32,000 bases of DNA, from the NCBI GenBank assembly GCA_030149205.1, contig JASBSB010000003.1, positions 420,001 to 452,000 of the forward strand. The letters are read 5' to 3'. Each line of letters opens with the position of its first letter. The first letter of the stretch is position 1. This DNA is from Candidatus Heimdallarchaeota archaeon. GTDB lineage: Archaea > Asgardarchaeota > Heimdallarchaeia > Heimdallarchaeales > Kariarchaeaceae. Positions 18,534 to 29,500 of the stretch are shown one piece after another. The notes below the pieces were generated by a model, which was not told the origin of the DNA, searched no databases, and saw only the letters and a program-made list of their open reading frames with translations. Made by a program: the position numbers and the translations under genes.

Positions 18534-18871
18534 GTCAGTTGTTGATATATTATTTATTTAAACATTTTTATTTTAAAGTATTGGATTGCTTTGACTGCTC
18601 CAAAATTTACCCTCAGAAAATTAACCTTTTAAAGTTTGAACCGTTATGAGTATGTCTTTTGAATGAAATCTGGAAAATGTTTTTTTTTAATATAAAATAT
18701 AGTTTAAAATGATTTTTGAGATAATTGCACGAATCATTCTTAGTCGAAAAATGGAGTATAGAACACAGATTCAAATATTATATTCTTTTACGGGTACTCT
18801 GAAGTTCTTATTGATTAATGTTAATTTATGACTACCAATAATATTTTATAATTCTATTTGTTTTGAACTCC

Positions 18872-20239
18872 ATGACAAAAGAGGAAAAAAAGCTTGGACT
18901 GTTGGAAGTAATTTCAATGGCAGTTGGAACCATGGTTGGAGCAAGTATATTCTCAATTTTTGGATTAGGTGTCCAAATAGCTGGTAGAAATCTACCTGAG
19001 GCATTTTTGTTATCAGCGGTTTTTGCAATCATTGTTGCATATTCCTATGCGACTTTGGGGCCAAAGATAGTTTCGGACGCCGGACCAATTGCGTTCATCC
19101 TAAAAGCCTTTGGAGATAGCACTGTTGTAGGGGCAATAAGCTTCCTTATGTGGCTGGTAAATGTTGTGTCTATAGCATTGTTTGCTTTGGGGTTCACAGG
19201 ATATTTTATTCCACTTTTAAATTTACCATCTAACTCATTTGTTCAAGCAGTTGTAATTGTGCTGTTAATATCATTTTTCACTGCCTTGAACTTTTTTGGC
19301 AGCAAAGCGGTTGGAAAGCTGGAATTCTATATTGTTGTATTCAAATTATCTGTTTTAGGGTTGTTTATAGTTTTAGGTTTGTTCACAATCAAACCAGATT
19401 TTATAATTCCTTCTACAGCCATGTCCGGATTAAGAGGTACTATGAAAGCGGCAGTCGTATTTTTTCTATCCTACATGGGATTTGGGATCGTGACCAACGT
19501 CTCAGAGAACATGGAAAACCCTCAAAGAAATGTTCCTCGAGCCATTTACATCAGTGTGATTTTTGTCAGTATTTTGTACATATCCGTTTCGCTTTCCGCA
19601 ATAGGAAATTTACCTTTGGCACAGATAGAGGCGGCTAAAGATAACGCCCTTGCGATTGCAGCAAAACCATTTCTAGGTGATTTTGGATTTGTTCTTATAT
19701 CTATTGGTGCTCTCTTTTCAATCGCCTCAGCTTTGAATGCCACTTTATACGGAAGCGCAAATATTGCATACTCATTGGCAAAGGATGGTGAACTACCAGA
19801 GTTCTTTGAACGTAAAATCTGGTTCAAATCAACTGAGGGCCTTTATATTACCTCAGGACTTGCACTCTTTTTCTCTTTAGTGCTTAATTTAGGAGATGTT
19901 GCTATGATCACAAGTACAATATTTACATTGATCTATCTTGGTGTCATTGCAGCCCATTACAAGATGGCAGACGAATTTAAGTCGAATAGAAAGCTTCTTG
20001 GATTAAATTTTGTGATCATCCTTGTGGTTTTCTTTAGTCTGTTGTATTTTCAGTTGGCAAGCCAAATTAATGGGTTTATCGCCACAGTTTTTGCAATACT
20101 CGGAAGTCTGGTGTTTGAGTGGTTCTTACGTAACAGCAGAAATAGAGATTTTACCGGGTTAGAGACCAAAGTGGCAGCAGACTTTGAAAAGCTGAAAGAA
20201 AAGTTAGAAAACATGGTACCAACATCTAAAAATAAATAG
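18872..20239 (+). CDS. apcT: APC-family amino acid/H+ symporter, close to M. jannaschii ApcT
   Basis: GTMVGASIFSIFG, FLSYMGFG, ENPQRNVPRAI, AKDGELPEFFERKIWFKSTEGLYITS and TM5 Lys (VFKL). Likely ATG at 18872. Confidence 0.9.
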   Translation: MTKEEKKLGLLEVISMAVGTMVGASIFSIFGLGVQIAGRNLPEAFLLSAVFAIIVAYSYATLGPKIVSDAGPIAFILKAFGDSTVVGAISFLMWLVNVVSIALFALGFTGYFIPLLNLPSNSFVQAVVIVLLISFFTALNFFGSKAVGKLEFYIVVFKLSVLGLFIVLGLFTIKPDFIIPSTAMSGLRGTMKAAVVFFLSYMGFGIVTNVSENMENPQRNVPRAIYISVIFVSILYISVSLSAIGNLPLAQIEAAKDNALAIAAKPFLGDFGFVLISIGALFSIASALNATLYGSANIAYSLAKDGELPEFFERKIWFKSTEGLYITSGLALFFSLVLNLGDVAMITSTIFTLIYLGVIAAHYKMADEFKSNRKLLGLNFVIILVVFFSLLYFQLASQINGFIATVFAILGSLVFEWFLRNSRNRDFTGLETKVAADFEKLKEKLENMVPTSKNK

Positions 20240-20399
20240 GATAAACCTAACATAAGACGTTATATTCATTCAGCTAAAAGGTTAATCTTAAACCAAATAC
20301 ATCTTAAATATCAAAAGTAGATAGTTCAGGAAAAGCTAATAGAAATAGGTTAAATTTGAATCGAGAGGTTTAAAGAGATTTAATCAAACTACAATTCAG

Positions 20400-21242
20400 A
20401 TGAAACAACCAGATTGGAAAACTGTGAAAGAATATGAGGATATAACATACAAAAAATCAGATGGAGTTGCCAGAATAGCTTTCAATCGTCCTGAGGTAAG
20501 AAACGCCTTTCGCCCAAAAACAGTGGCGGAGCTCTTTGAGGCATTTCTTGATGCCAGGGAGGACACCTCAATTGGAGTGATCTTACTCTCTGGTGAGGGC
20601 CCATCTCCCAAGGATGGAGGGTACGCCTTTTGTAGTGGTGGAGATCAGAATGCGAGAGGACATCAAGGTTATGTCGATGAGGAAGGAATCCCCAGGTTAA
20701 ATATACTAGAGGTTCAGAGGCTTATCAGATTCATGCCAAAGGTGGTAATAGCTGTTGTACCAGGTTGGGCTGTTGGTGGGGGTCACAGCTTACATGTGGT
20801 GTGTGACCTATCATTGGCATGTAAGGAACATGCAATCTTTAAACAGACAGATGCAGATGTGACCAGTTTTGACGGGGGATATGGCTCAGCCTACCTTGCA
20901 AAGATGGTAGGACAAAAAAAAGCACGTGAAATATTTTTCCTTGGTAGAAACTATTCTGCCCAAGAAGCATTTGACATGGGGATGGTAAATGCAGTAATAC
21001 CTCATAATGAGCTCGAAAACACTGCTTACCAATGGGCACAAGAGATTTTAGCTAAATCACCTACCTCAATTAAAATGTTGAAATTTGCCTTTAACCTAAC
21101 TGATGATGGGATGGTTGGTCAGCAGGTCTTTGCAGGAGAGGCTACACGATTGGCTTATATGACAGAGGAAGCAAAGGAGGGAAGAAATGCATTTCTTGAG
21201 AAAAGAAAGCCTAACTTCAAAAACATCAAATGGCTGTCTTAA
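20400..21242 (+). CDS. menB: 1,4-dihydroxy-2-naphthoyl-CoA synthase (type II)
   Basis: FNRPEVRNAFRP, FCSGGDQ, RLNILEVQRLIR, AVGGGHSLHVVCDL, QTDADVTSFDGGYGS and EGRNAFLEKRKP. Confidence 0.96.
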   Translation: MKQPDWKTVKEYEDITYKKSDGVARIAFNRPEVRNAFRPKTVAELFEAFLDAREDTSIGVILLSGEGPSPKDGGYAFCSGGDQNARGHQGYVDEEGIPRLNILEVQRLIRFMPKVVIAVVPGWAVGGGHSLHVVCDLSLACKEHAIFKQTDADVTSFDGGYGSAYLAKMVGQKKAREIFFLGRNYSAQEAFDMGMVNAVIPHNELENTAYQWAQEILAKSPTSIKMLKFAFNLTDDGMVGQQVFAGEATRLAYMTEEAKEGRNAFLEKRKPNFKNIKWLS

Positions 21243-21282
21243 ATTTAGATACAATTGAAATATGAGAATTAGCAAATTGTAA

Positions 21283-22380
21283 TTAATGGATGTAAGGCGT
21301 AGACAGTTTTACTGAGGGTGTGGTGATTAATCCCTGTTTGCAGACTATACATTGCCCAGTATTTTTTTTCCAACTTAGAAATTCATCCTTGTGAATTAGG
21401 TGCCTACAGCAGCTTGTTATCAATAACTCTCTGTCTAAAGTTGGTTTCTCGTAACAGATAACACATGTCTGAATCTCCTCACCGCAGTTTTCACATTGAT
21501 TCAGATTCATTGCAATGGGAAAATTACATTCATCACATACCAAAATTTGACTATTTTGGTTACAAAAAATCAGTTCGAAAACATCAAAATTATAACTTTT
21601 AAAAGAGAGAAACGGCAACACAAAGTTCTTTACATCTTCATTTTTGCAATGAAAAAGTCCACTAATGGTTATCTCACTTGATTTGAGTTTAATATTTGTA
21701 TCATCTAAGATGCCAAAAGAGCCTTGAATCTGCTCTATGAACTTGATTAGCGTTTTTGCAAAAGCCCTCAATTCATCATCTTTGTACATTTTTTTAATCT
21801 CAGGAACATCAAAGTAATCTGTGATATCTCCTGGACCTTTAAGAGTACAATCACCTGGAAATACCCCTTTGATTGATAATTCCAATAGAAAAAAGTGAAT
21901 AACTTCCTCTTTGTTGGTTATCTTTCCTTTGCTAGCTGTTTTTGGACTGGGCTCAACTTCTTGAACTATTTCGGGTTGCTTTGTCGGTTGTATAAGCTTA
22001 TTTGAGGTTCCTTGAAGGTTTTCTGTGACCTGAGTAATACCTGGAGCCTTGGTCATAGCAGTTTTGTCAGATCTTTCAAAATTAGACACTAAACTAAAAT
22101 TCTGTTTGGTGGATTGGTTTGCTCCAACTTTTCTCTTCTTCATTTGATCTGAGTTTGAAGATGATTGCTCAGATAAGACGAAGAGATTTAGCGTAATGGT
22201 ATCGTTCATATTTGCAAAAACACCCCTTCTTTTCTGAACAAAATTAGGAATTGTTACTTTAAGATTACTTTCTTTGGTAAGATAATGTCGTAGCCCCTCA
22301 TAAATATTGTACTCATATTGGAGTAATCCCAAAACGAATACTATGGAGAGAATAAATACAACGAATGTGTCACTTACCAT
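21283..22380 (-). CDS. N-terminally membrane-anchored protein with C-terminal zinc ribbon and RING-H2-like finger
   Basis: Hydrophobic residues about 6-22; CDEC..CENC ribbon; CVIC-x14-CCRHLIHKDE-x3-W-x6-CIVC. Confidence 0.75.
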   Translation of the reverse strand: MVSDTFVVFILSIVFVLGLLQYEYNIYEGLRHYLTKESNLKVTIPNFVQKRRGVFANMNDTITLNLFVLSEQSSSNSDQMKKRKVGANQSTKQNFSLVSNFERSDKTAMTKAPGITQVTENLQGTSNKLIQPTKQPEIVQEVEPSPKTASKGKITNKEEVIHFFLLELSIKGVFPGDCTLKGPGDITDYFDVPEIKKMYKDDELRAFAKTLIKFIEQIQGSFGILDDTNIKLKSSEITISGLFHCKNEDVKNFVLPFLSFKSYNFDVFELIFCNQNSQILVCDECNFPIAMNLNQCENCGEEIQTCVICYEKPTLDRELLITSCCRHLIHKDEFLSWKKNTGQCIVCKQGLITTPSVKLSTPYIH

Positions 22381-22458
22381 TGAATAACAGTAAATTTGTC
22401 ACCTTATATATTTTACCTACTCCAGCTCAATTTTTGAACAAAATTGTGGTGACTGGTG

Positions 22459-22473
22459 TGGACAATTTGTCCA
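22459..22473. promoter_or_regulatory. Perfect 15-bp palindrome in the divergent intergenic region
   Basis: TGGACAA-t-TTGTCCA; a second palindrome, CAGAAATTTCTG, is at 22520-22531. Confidence 0.35.
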
Positions 22474-22621
22474 TAGGTTTTGGAATATTGATAATTCAAA
22501 ATTGAGGAGAATTTCTTTGCAGAAATTTCTGTGAAATTGCTATCTTTTCAAGATGTTGTTATATTGATTAGAAGATTAATACACGGTATCCTTATAAAGA
22601 ATCTTGCCTATTTGGTTTAGG

Positions 22622-23503
22622 ATGTCAATTGATTTAGATCCTGTATTAGAGAAAAAACTTAGAGTTGCTCAACTTTTTGTTAGAGCTAAAAAGTATAGGG
22701 ATGCAATCGAAACCTATCTAGAAATCACTGAGTCAGAACCTAACAAATCAGAATATTATAAGGTCATTGGAGAGCTGTATTACAACTCTTCTGATTATAC
22801 TCAGGCTGAGTATTATTTTTCTGAGTCAATGAAACTTGGTTCAGATAAGGAGAACGAGCAGTTTTTGGCATTCTCCAAAATAATGCTCCATAAGTATAGA
22901 GAGGCAGAGGAGCTCTTGAGTAAAATTAATGAGAATGATGAATATCTCACGAACCTTATTGCAACCTTGAACCTTCTCACCTCAGAACCTGATGAACTTA
23001 CAGACAAACAGAAGGAGAGAATCTTAATGAAGGATCTGTTGGCAATGTATGAATTTAATCACAATCGACCATTGAGTTCAATAAGAATTGCCCATCAAAT
23101 CGAATCTCGATTAATTTCATACTACACACTTGGTGTTATATTTGCTAATATCAGAGATGAATCTTCAACTACAAAGGCAAACAAATATTTTCGATTAGCC
23201 TTAGCTATCTATGAAAAAGCAAAGCTTGATGAACCTACCTTTCTTAATAAAATCAAAATTGCTGTTGCAATAACAAACCAAAATATGGAAGAACGGAAGG
23301 TTGCATTACAAAAGTTAATGCATCAAATAGATGATCCAGAGCTGTATTATGGGTATCTTCAAACACTGATTGAGTCAAAAAGCCCCAGTTCACAAATTTT
23401 AGAGACTATAGAGAAGATGGAGGAATACAGAGGTGATGCTCCAGACCTGTTACGTTCAATTGATTTATGGATGGAAAGGACAAATGGAGGTGTCTTATAT
23501 TGA
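22622..23503 (+). CDS. Tetratricopeptide-repeat (TPR) protein
   Basis: AQLFVRAKKYRDAIETY..EP..YKVIGELYYNSSDYTQAEYYFSESMKL fits TPR consensus. ATG 22622 lies 23 nt after TTATAAA (22592-22598). Confidence 0.85.
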   Translation: MSIDLDPVLEKKLRVAQLFVRAKKYRDAIETYLEITESEPNKSEYYKVIGELYYNSSDYTQAEYYFSESMKLGSDKENEQFLAFSKIMLHKYREAEELLSKINENDEYLTNLIATLNLLTSEPDELTDKQKERILMKDLLAMYEFNHNRPLSSIRIAHQIESRLISYYTLGVIFANIRDESSTTKANKYFRLALAIYEKAKLDEPTFLNKIKIAVAITNQNMEERKVALQKLMHQIDDPELYYGYLQTLIESKSPSSQILETIEKMEEYRGDAPDLLRSIDLWMERTNGGVLY

Positions 23504-26500
23504 AAGTCTGTTTAAATTGTGGACATAAAAGTTCTAAACCAATAAATTTTTGTTCAGTCTGTGGTTTTTCAATCATTGATGAGAACTTAGAGATTATTTG
23601 TGAAAAGTGTGGAGCTAAAAACCTTCTTTCCAGAACTTTCTGTTCTAACTGTGCTGCAAATATTGAGAAGGGGTATAAAATGAATCAAGCAAGACTTGAA
23701 TCTCTAACCTCTAGAATCTTGGACCTCTCGATTAAGACAAATTCAATAGATAAAAGATTAAATCTATTAATTGAAGCTGCTAAATTAGGGAAGCTTAGTA
23801 CCGATAGAGTTGATCTCTATGCACTTGGAAAACGTCAAGGTGAGGAAGCTCAGTTTCCACAAACTGGATCTAGTAAATCTACAACAAATGTTACATCTTC
23901 TGCAATTGAAGATATAAAAGGTGAAGATCCACACCATGCAGAAACATCCCAAACGGCAGTCCCTCAAGAAGTCAAAGCAGAAGGTACTAAGGCAGAAGAT
24001 AGAGGAAGTATCTATCAACAAACTAAATCTGACGCAATTCCAAGCTATGCAAAAATTGGGGACAATTCAACAAAGTCAGAGTTAACTGCATCTGAGGGCA
24101 ATTTAAAGCGACCTAAGGAATCAACCATTGGTGAGACAACACCTGTCTCACCGTCCAAAATTTTTGAACAGAAACAAAAGTCTGAGATACAAGCTGACCT
24201 TCAAACTTCATCTGTTGGTGATGTCCCTCTTGAATCTAAACCCAGTGTTGAGACAACAGAAAGAATTTCAGCTGAATCCCGAATTATCACAAATCCGACA
24301 TTATCGATTAATAGGGAAGTTGGAGGATTAAAAAGAATTGTTCCTTCTTTTGTCAAACCTAAGTTTGATCTGAAGATCCCTATTACTCCTATCAAATCAG
24401 GAAGGACTCAACGCAGGTTTGACTTAAGCTCACCTAAAAAGTTGCTTAGTGACTTTGGTCAACAGATTCAAGTTGGGATTGCTGTTTCTCTACTCTTAGC
24501 AGGGTTAATATTTAGTTCATTCATTATAAGCTCTGATAAATTTGTTCAGAACACCATTCTATATAGTACTGGTTTACTTACAATAATTGGTGGACTACTT
24601 TTTGCTAAATTATTTTGGAAGGATCAGGATAATTTACTTGGTAATACCTTAATTTCACTGGGTTATTTTTTGGCACTGTACAGTTCTTTTGGGACTGCTA
24701 ATCAGTTAAACGCAACAATTTTACCAATTCTTCCTACACTTTTGATCTTATTCTCTGCATTGTTACTAAATTCAGAGAGTCTGGCAGATATTTCTGTTCT
24801 GGGAACACTTTTTGCTGGTTGGATCGCATCTCAGACATTCATAGAATTAAGCTGGAACTTTGGGTCAACCTGGATAATTATGACTGTTCTAATTGCAACA
24901 TTATTTTATTTGAAAGACAAAATGATTCAACCTAGCATTTTAGCCTACTTTGGAGGGGCAATAATTAGTCTCTCATTGTTGTCCAATACACCTGCGACTG
25001 GAATGATTTCCCTGCCTATACTCATTTCAACTATTCCATTGGCACTAATTATCTTAAATCAGAGGTTAGATTTGCTGCCAAATATGATGAGAGCTCTATA
25101 TGCGATTCTATTAGGTGTTCCCTTTGTTGCCTTCCTTATTGGTGCAGCTACAGGTAAACTCAATCTATATGATGATGTCATCCTTTTCTCAATTATCGCA
25201 GTTTTAAGCATTTTATTTGCAAATCCAAATCTATTGAAGAAAGAGGAAAACAGACTCTATAGCTTGCTTAACTTATCCTTGAACAAATACTCAAAAATAT
25301 TTGTCCCATTTGTTTCAATAATTTTTCTTAATCATATAATTGAAACTGTCAATCAATCATCAACTCAAATAGCTAGAATCGATTTTATTTTCTTCGTTAT
25401 AACACCTATAGTATTATTTTTCAGCTTAAACCTCTTGTTCTCAGTAGCCAGTACTTCTGAAGAAGTGAGAACTGAAGTTCAGTTGTTGAATTACATTCCA
25501 ATTCTCATAACTGAAAGCATTTTTTTCAGCCTTAGCTTAGGCTTATCAAGATTTGTGGGTAACCAATCTCTTGGTTACTTAGCAACGAGCTTCTATCTTA
25601 TCCTTGTGTTTGTTCCACTGACCATTGGGATCCTAGGGGGTATCTTTGCCAAATACCTCAAGGTTACAGACAGAATAATGTTTGCAACCCAGGTGATGAC
25701 AATGATAAATACCATTTGGTTGAATTCTTACGTCCTAATCGGGGGTGATGCAGTTCTTGCATCATTGGCAGTATTCTTAACTTTCCTTCTTGCTTTATAT
25801 TTACCAGGAATATCAGATCTTTACAGAAAGAGAATTTATGCAATTTCACTTCTTGGTTCCTCAGTTTTGGTTTTATTAGGTCAACTGTATCACAGATTTG
25901 ATCAATTTGAGAACCCTGGATTTATCTGGTATCTAAAGACAAACACCTTCTTAAAACTAGAGACATTTGGTCCACTTACAGTGCTGGCTTCTTTTGGTGT
26001 CATAGCTGGGCTAAGCCTGTTCAGACTCGTCAGGCTGGTAGAAAGGGGTCAGATTAGCAGAGAGGCGATCATAAATTCTTCAAATCCGTTTTTAAAGCTA
26101 TATTATTATTTTGAACGCTTCATCTTAAATCATCTTGAACAGCTGTTTTCTGCAGCCCTGAACTTTTCATTTATTGCAATATTATTGACTGGTGGTTTCA
26201 ATTCACAGTCTACTACCTCAACAGTGGTTGCTTTTATAACAACACTTCTGACCCTTTCAAACGGCATAATTATATATCTCTCAAGAGGAAGAAGCTGGTT
26301 GTCATACATCTTCACTGGTACAGCAATTGTCTTTAGCTCCATGTATATAGTTAATGCAGATTCATACCTGGTTATTCAGGGTAACATTGTACTTCTCTTC
26401 TTGCTAAGCTTTCTTATTATGAACTTTGAATCTCGTCGAAATATAGTTCAAAAAGCAGAAAGAGCACTAACCAGAGAATTTATCCTGGGAAGCACACTGT

Positions 26501-29500
26501 TAAGCTCAGTTATAGTAACTGGTTCTGCTTATTTGGATCCAACGCTGATTCTTGTGGCTACATTGGTGGTTTACTCCATGATACTGTCATTGAAGTACCA
26601 CAATTCTTTCTTATCTGGGTTAGGGTTAATAGTTTACTCAGTGTTGTTCACTAAAGTTAACACCCAATTTACTACTAGTCTTCCCTACCCTCAATTATTC
26701 TACGTGTTGGCCTCGATAACATTGGTGCTTACCTTTGGGATATACCTGTACAGTCAAATAAGAGGTGAGGGGTTGAATGTGACACAATATGAGTTTATAT
26801 CTAGGATGACAAACCAATATCCTGCTCTTGACACTAAATTCTTCAGATCCATCCGTATAACCTTTCCTTTAATAGGGTTGCTAATGTTCAGCTATACACC
26901 TGATCTCAATGTAACTTTTCAGGCTATCTGGATACTAATCTTAAGCATAACGCTAATTTTCTCAATTGAAAGTTCAGATTTTGACAGTAGGTTAGTTGGT
27001 CCAATTCTTATATTGTACAGTCTGTTCCTATATCTAACATTTCAACCCACAGGGTTGGTCAACGGTTTGGTCTCTATTCTTGGGTATTTGCTCCTGGTAG
27101 GATATTTGAGCCTTAGAAATAACAGTGAGGAAAATTCAACCGAGAGAGATGTTGTGACCTTAGTTAACAACGTAATTCTAAGCTTAACTTTTATAGGAGC
27201 ATTTCAGTTTCTATCAGCTGTCCCAGAATTACGAGGTTTGGTATTAGTTGTGTTGGCAACCATCCTTGGGTTGCACACCAAATCAATCCGACTGCACTCT
27301 CTACCTGTTGCATTGATGTTCCTGTTTAGTTACATAAATCCTCTTTATGTCCTGAATACTAACATCTTGAATTTTGGATATTTGATGATACAGAACAAAA
27401 GTTACACACTTGAAGCAGTCAGGACACTCCCAATTTTGATATACGTATCACTTGTGTATCTAAGATCAATCAGGGATTCAAAATATGTATCTATACCAGT
27501 TTCGATTTCTGTTGGTATACTTTTTGTATCTGGGTTATTCACAGTTAATGGTGAATTAGGATTTGTATTCTTGGTTTCACTTTACGCTTCTTTACTTATT
27601 CTCGCCCTACAAACTGAATTTATAGAGGAGCATATACTCAGTTCTCTTATCTTCATACTAGGAGTAACATTCGTAGGCGGAAGTGATATATTATTAGGTC
27701 AATTTGGAGCGGATCAAATCTTATTGTCCAACAGGATGATTGCTGCAACTGGGCTCTTATTGATAAATCTTATCATCTGGAAACATGCCGAGCTGAAATC
27801 TCTGTTTGAGATAAACCTAACGAAAATACCACTATCAATAGTATTTGCAGTGCTTGATGGGTATATCCTGTTTCTTGGATCGTTTTCATCATGGTTTTCT
27901 GCGGTTTATGTGTTCACAACTATCATCCTCCTAAGTGTCGTAGACTTAAGACAAAACAGTAGATACATTGGAATTGGTTCTGGTTTGTTTGGATTAATAG
28001 TTTTATTATCTGGAATGTTCATTATTCCATCAGACCACATTTTCAAAACTCTCCCAGGTAGTTTAGTTGGCCTTATAACTGGAATATCTGTTTTGGTCCT
28101 GATCTTCCGTTCGAGATTTGAGGAGCTGGAGCTATCGACAAGTCACTTTGAGATTGGAGGATTTATCTCACTGATCTCAGTTTTATCTCTGTCTGCTTTC
28201 TTCGGGTCAACATTAGAATTTGCCATCCTTCAACTGGTCAGCTTATTTGTGTTGACCTATGTTAACTGGGCGATTAACAAGTACGAAATTTCAATGATAA
28301 CTTCTATCGGCATCTCCCTGAACGTCTTTATTCAGCTTTTCGTTAATCCATTTGCCATAATCTCACTTTCTGTCTTTTTGATTAACCTAGTACTCTTCAT
28401 GCTAAATCAGTTCACTGAGATCAACATCAAAGGAAACATGATAGGGATAATCACAGGATTTTCAGTTGTTGTTGGAGGGATTTTGTTTGGTAGTCAAAGT
28501 GGAGAACAAATCATAGCACAGATCCCAGAACTGGTGACTTATGCTGGATTGTTTAATTATACTTGGATCATTCTCTTTTGGATGTGGATAGTTGACCTGT
28601 TAATTGCGAACTTTGTTGGTAATCTCTTTGACGATAATTTTCTTGAGTCAATAGGAAATAGACTGAACATCCCAATTCAAGAGGGTCTCAGTAGGTTTAC
28701 AATTGTTTTATCAATAATCTTCCTAAACTATATTCCTGTTTTTCTCTTCTGGAGATTAAACTCACTTGAAAACACAGTATTTTTGCTTGGAAATGTTATA
28801 GTCTTTACTCTGATCTTTCTTTCATCATTAATCAAGAGAAAGGGAGAAGAAAATGTCAATCTATACATTGATATGATCACAATTACACCTGCGCTTTCAG
28901 GGTTTATCTTTTCAGTGTTTTTCATGAATATTCAACAACAGATATACAGTGGAAATCAAATAATTCAGTCCATTATATCCTTGGTTCTTCAGTATGCATA
29001 TCTAGGAATCAGCTCATTAGCAGTTTTGGCTGTTGTTTTCTTCTTTTTAAGAAACAGATCAGAAGACTTTGAGCACACCTCAACAAATATCTTACTTGAT
29101 ATTGGAACTTTCATCTCCTTGGCCTCATTATTTGTCCCGATACTGACAGGTAATTTCCAACCATTATTAGCTGTAACGGTACTATTTTGGATGCTGTTTA
29201 TAACTGGAAGCGTGCAGGGAGGAAATAACGTTAAGATCAAGCAGGTTGTACAGCTGTTTGGTTCATTTGTCGCCTCTTATTTCTTCATTTATGCATTTCC
29301 AGTGCAGTATGTTACTGTAAACTACAGTCACGGTGTGTCCCTGTTCTCAATTGCATCCCTAAGCCTAATTGCTAATGCCTTGGTTGCTTATGCCTACCTC
29401 CTTGTAGTTGGTGAGAATGTAAAGGAAAACATCAACTTTACCTTCTTGGCATATTTCAGAATAGTGATAAGCTTTCTTGCGATACTTCTTCTAAATGACT

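Noticed and set aside
18416-18649. Tracked 77-aa + strand ORF
   Set aside because: It is the antisense shadow of the 57-aa basic ORF, with Phe-rich composition from T runs and no promoter or SD support.
20240-21282. Bacterial contaminant fragment or mis-assembly at menB
   Set aside because: Not favoured, because the gene has an archaeal-type TATA box at the usual spacing and no abrupt compositional break is visible. It cannot be fully excluded without reads.
22604-23499. Tracked starts at 22604 (TPR) and 23467 (giant protein)
   Set aside because: ATG 22622 fits TATA spacing, and TTG 23500 has a GGAGGTG SD and a 4-bp stop/start overlap.
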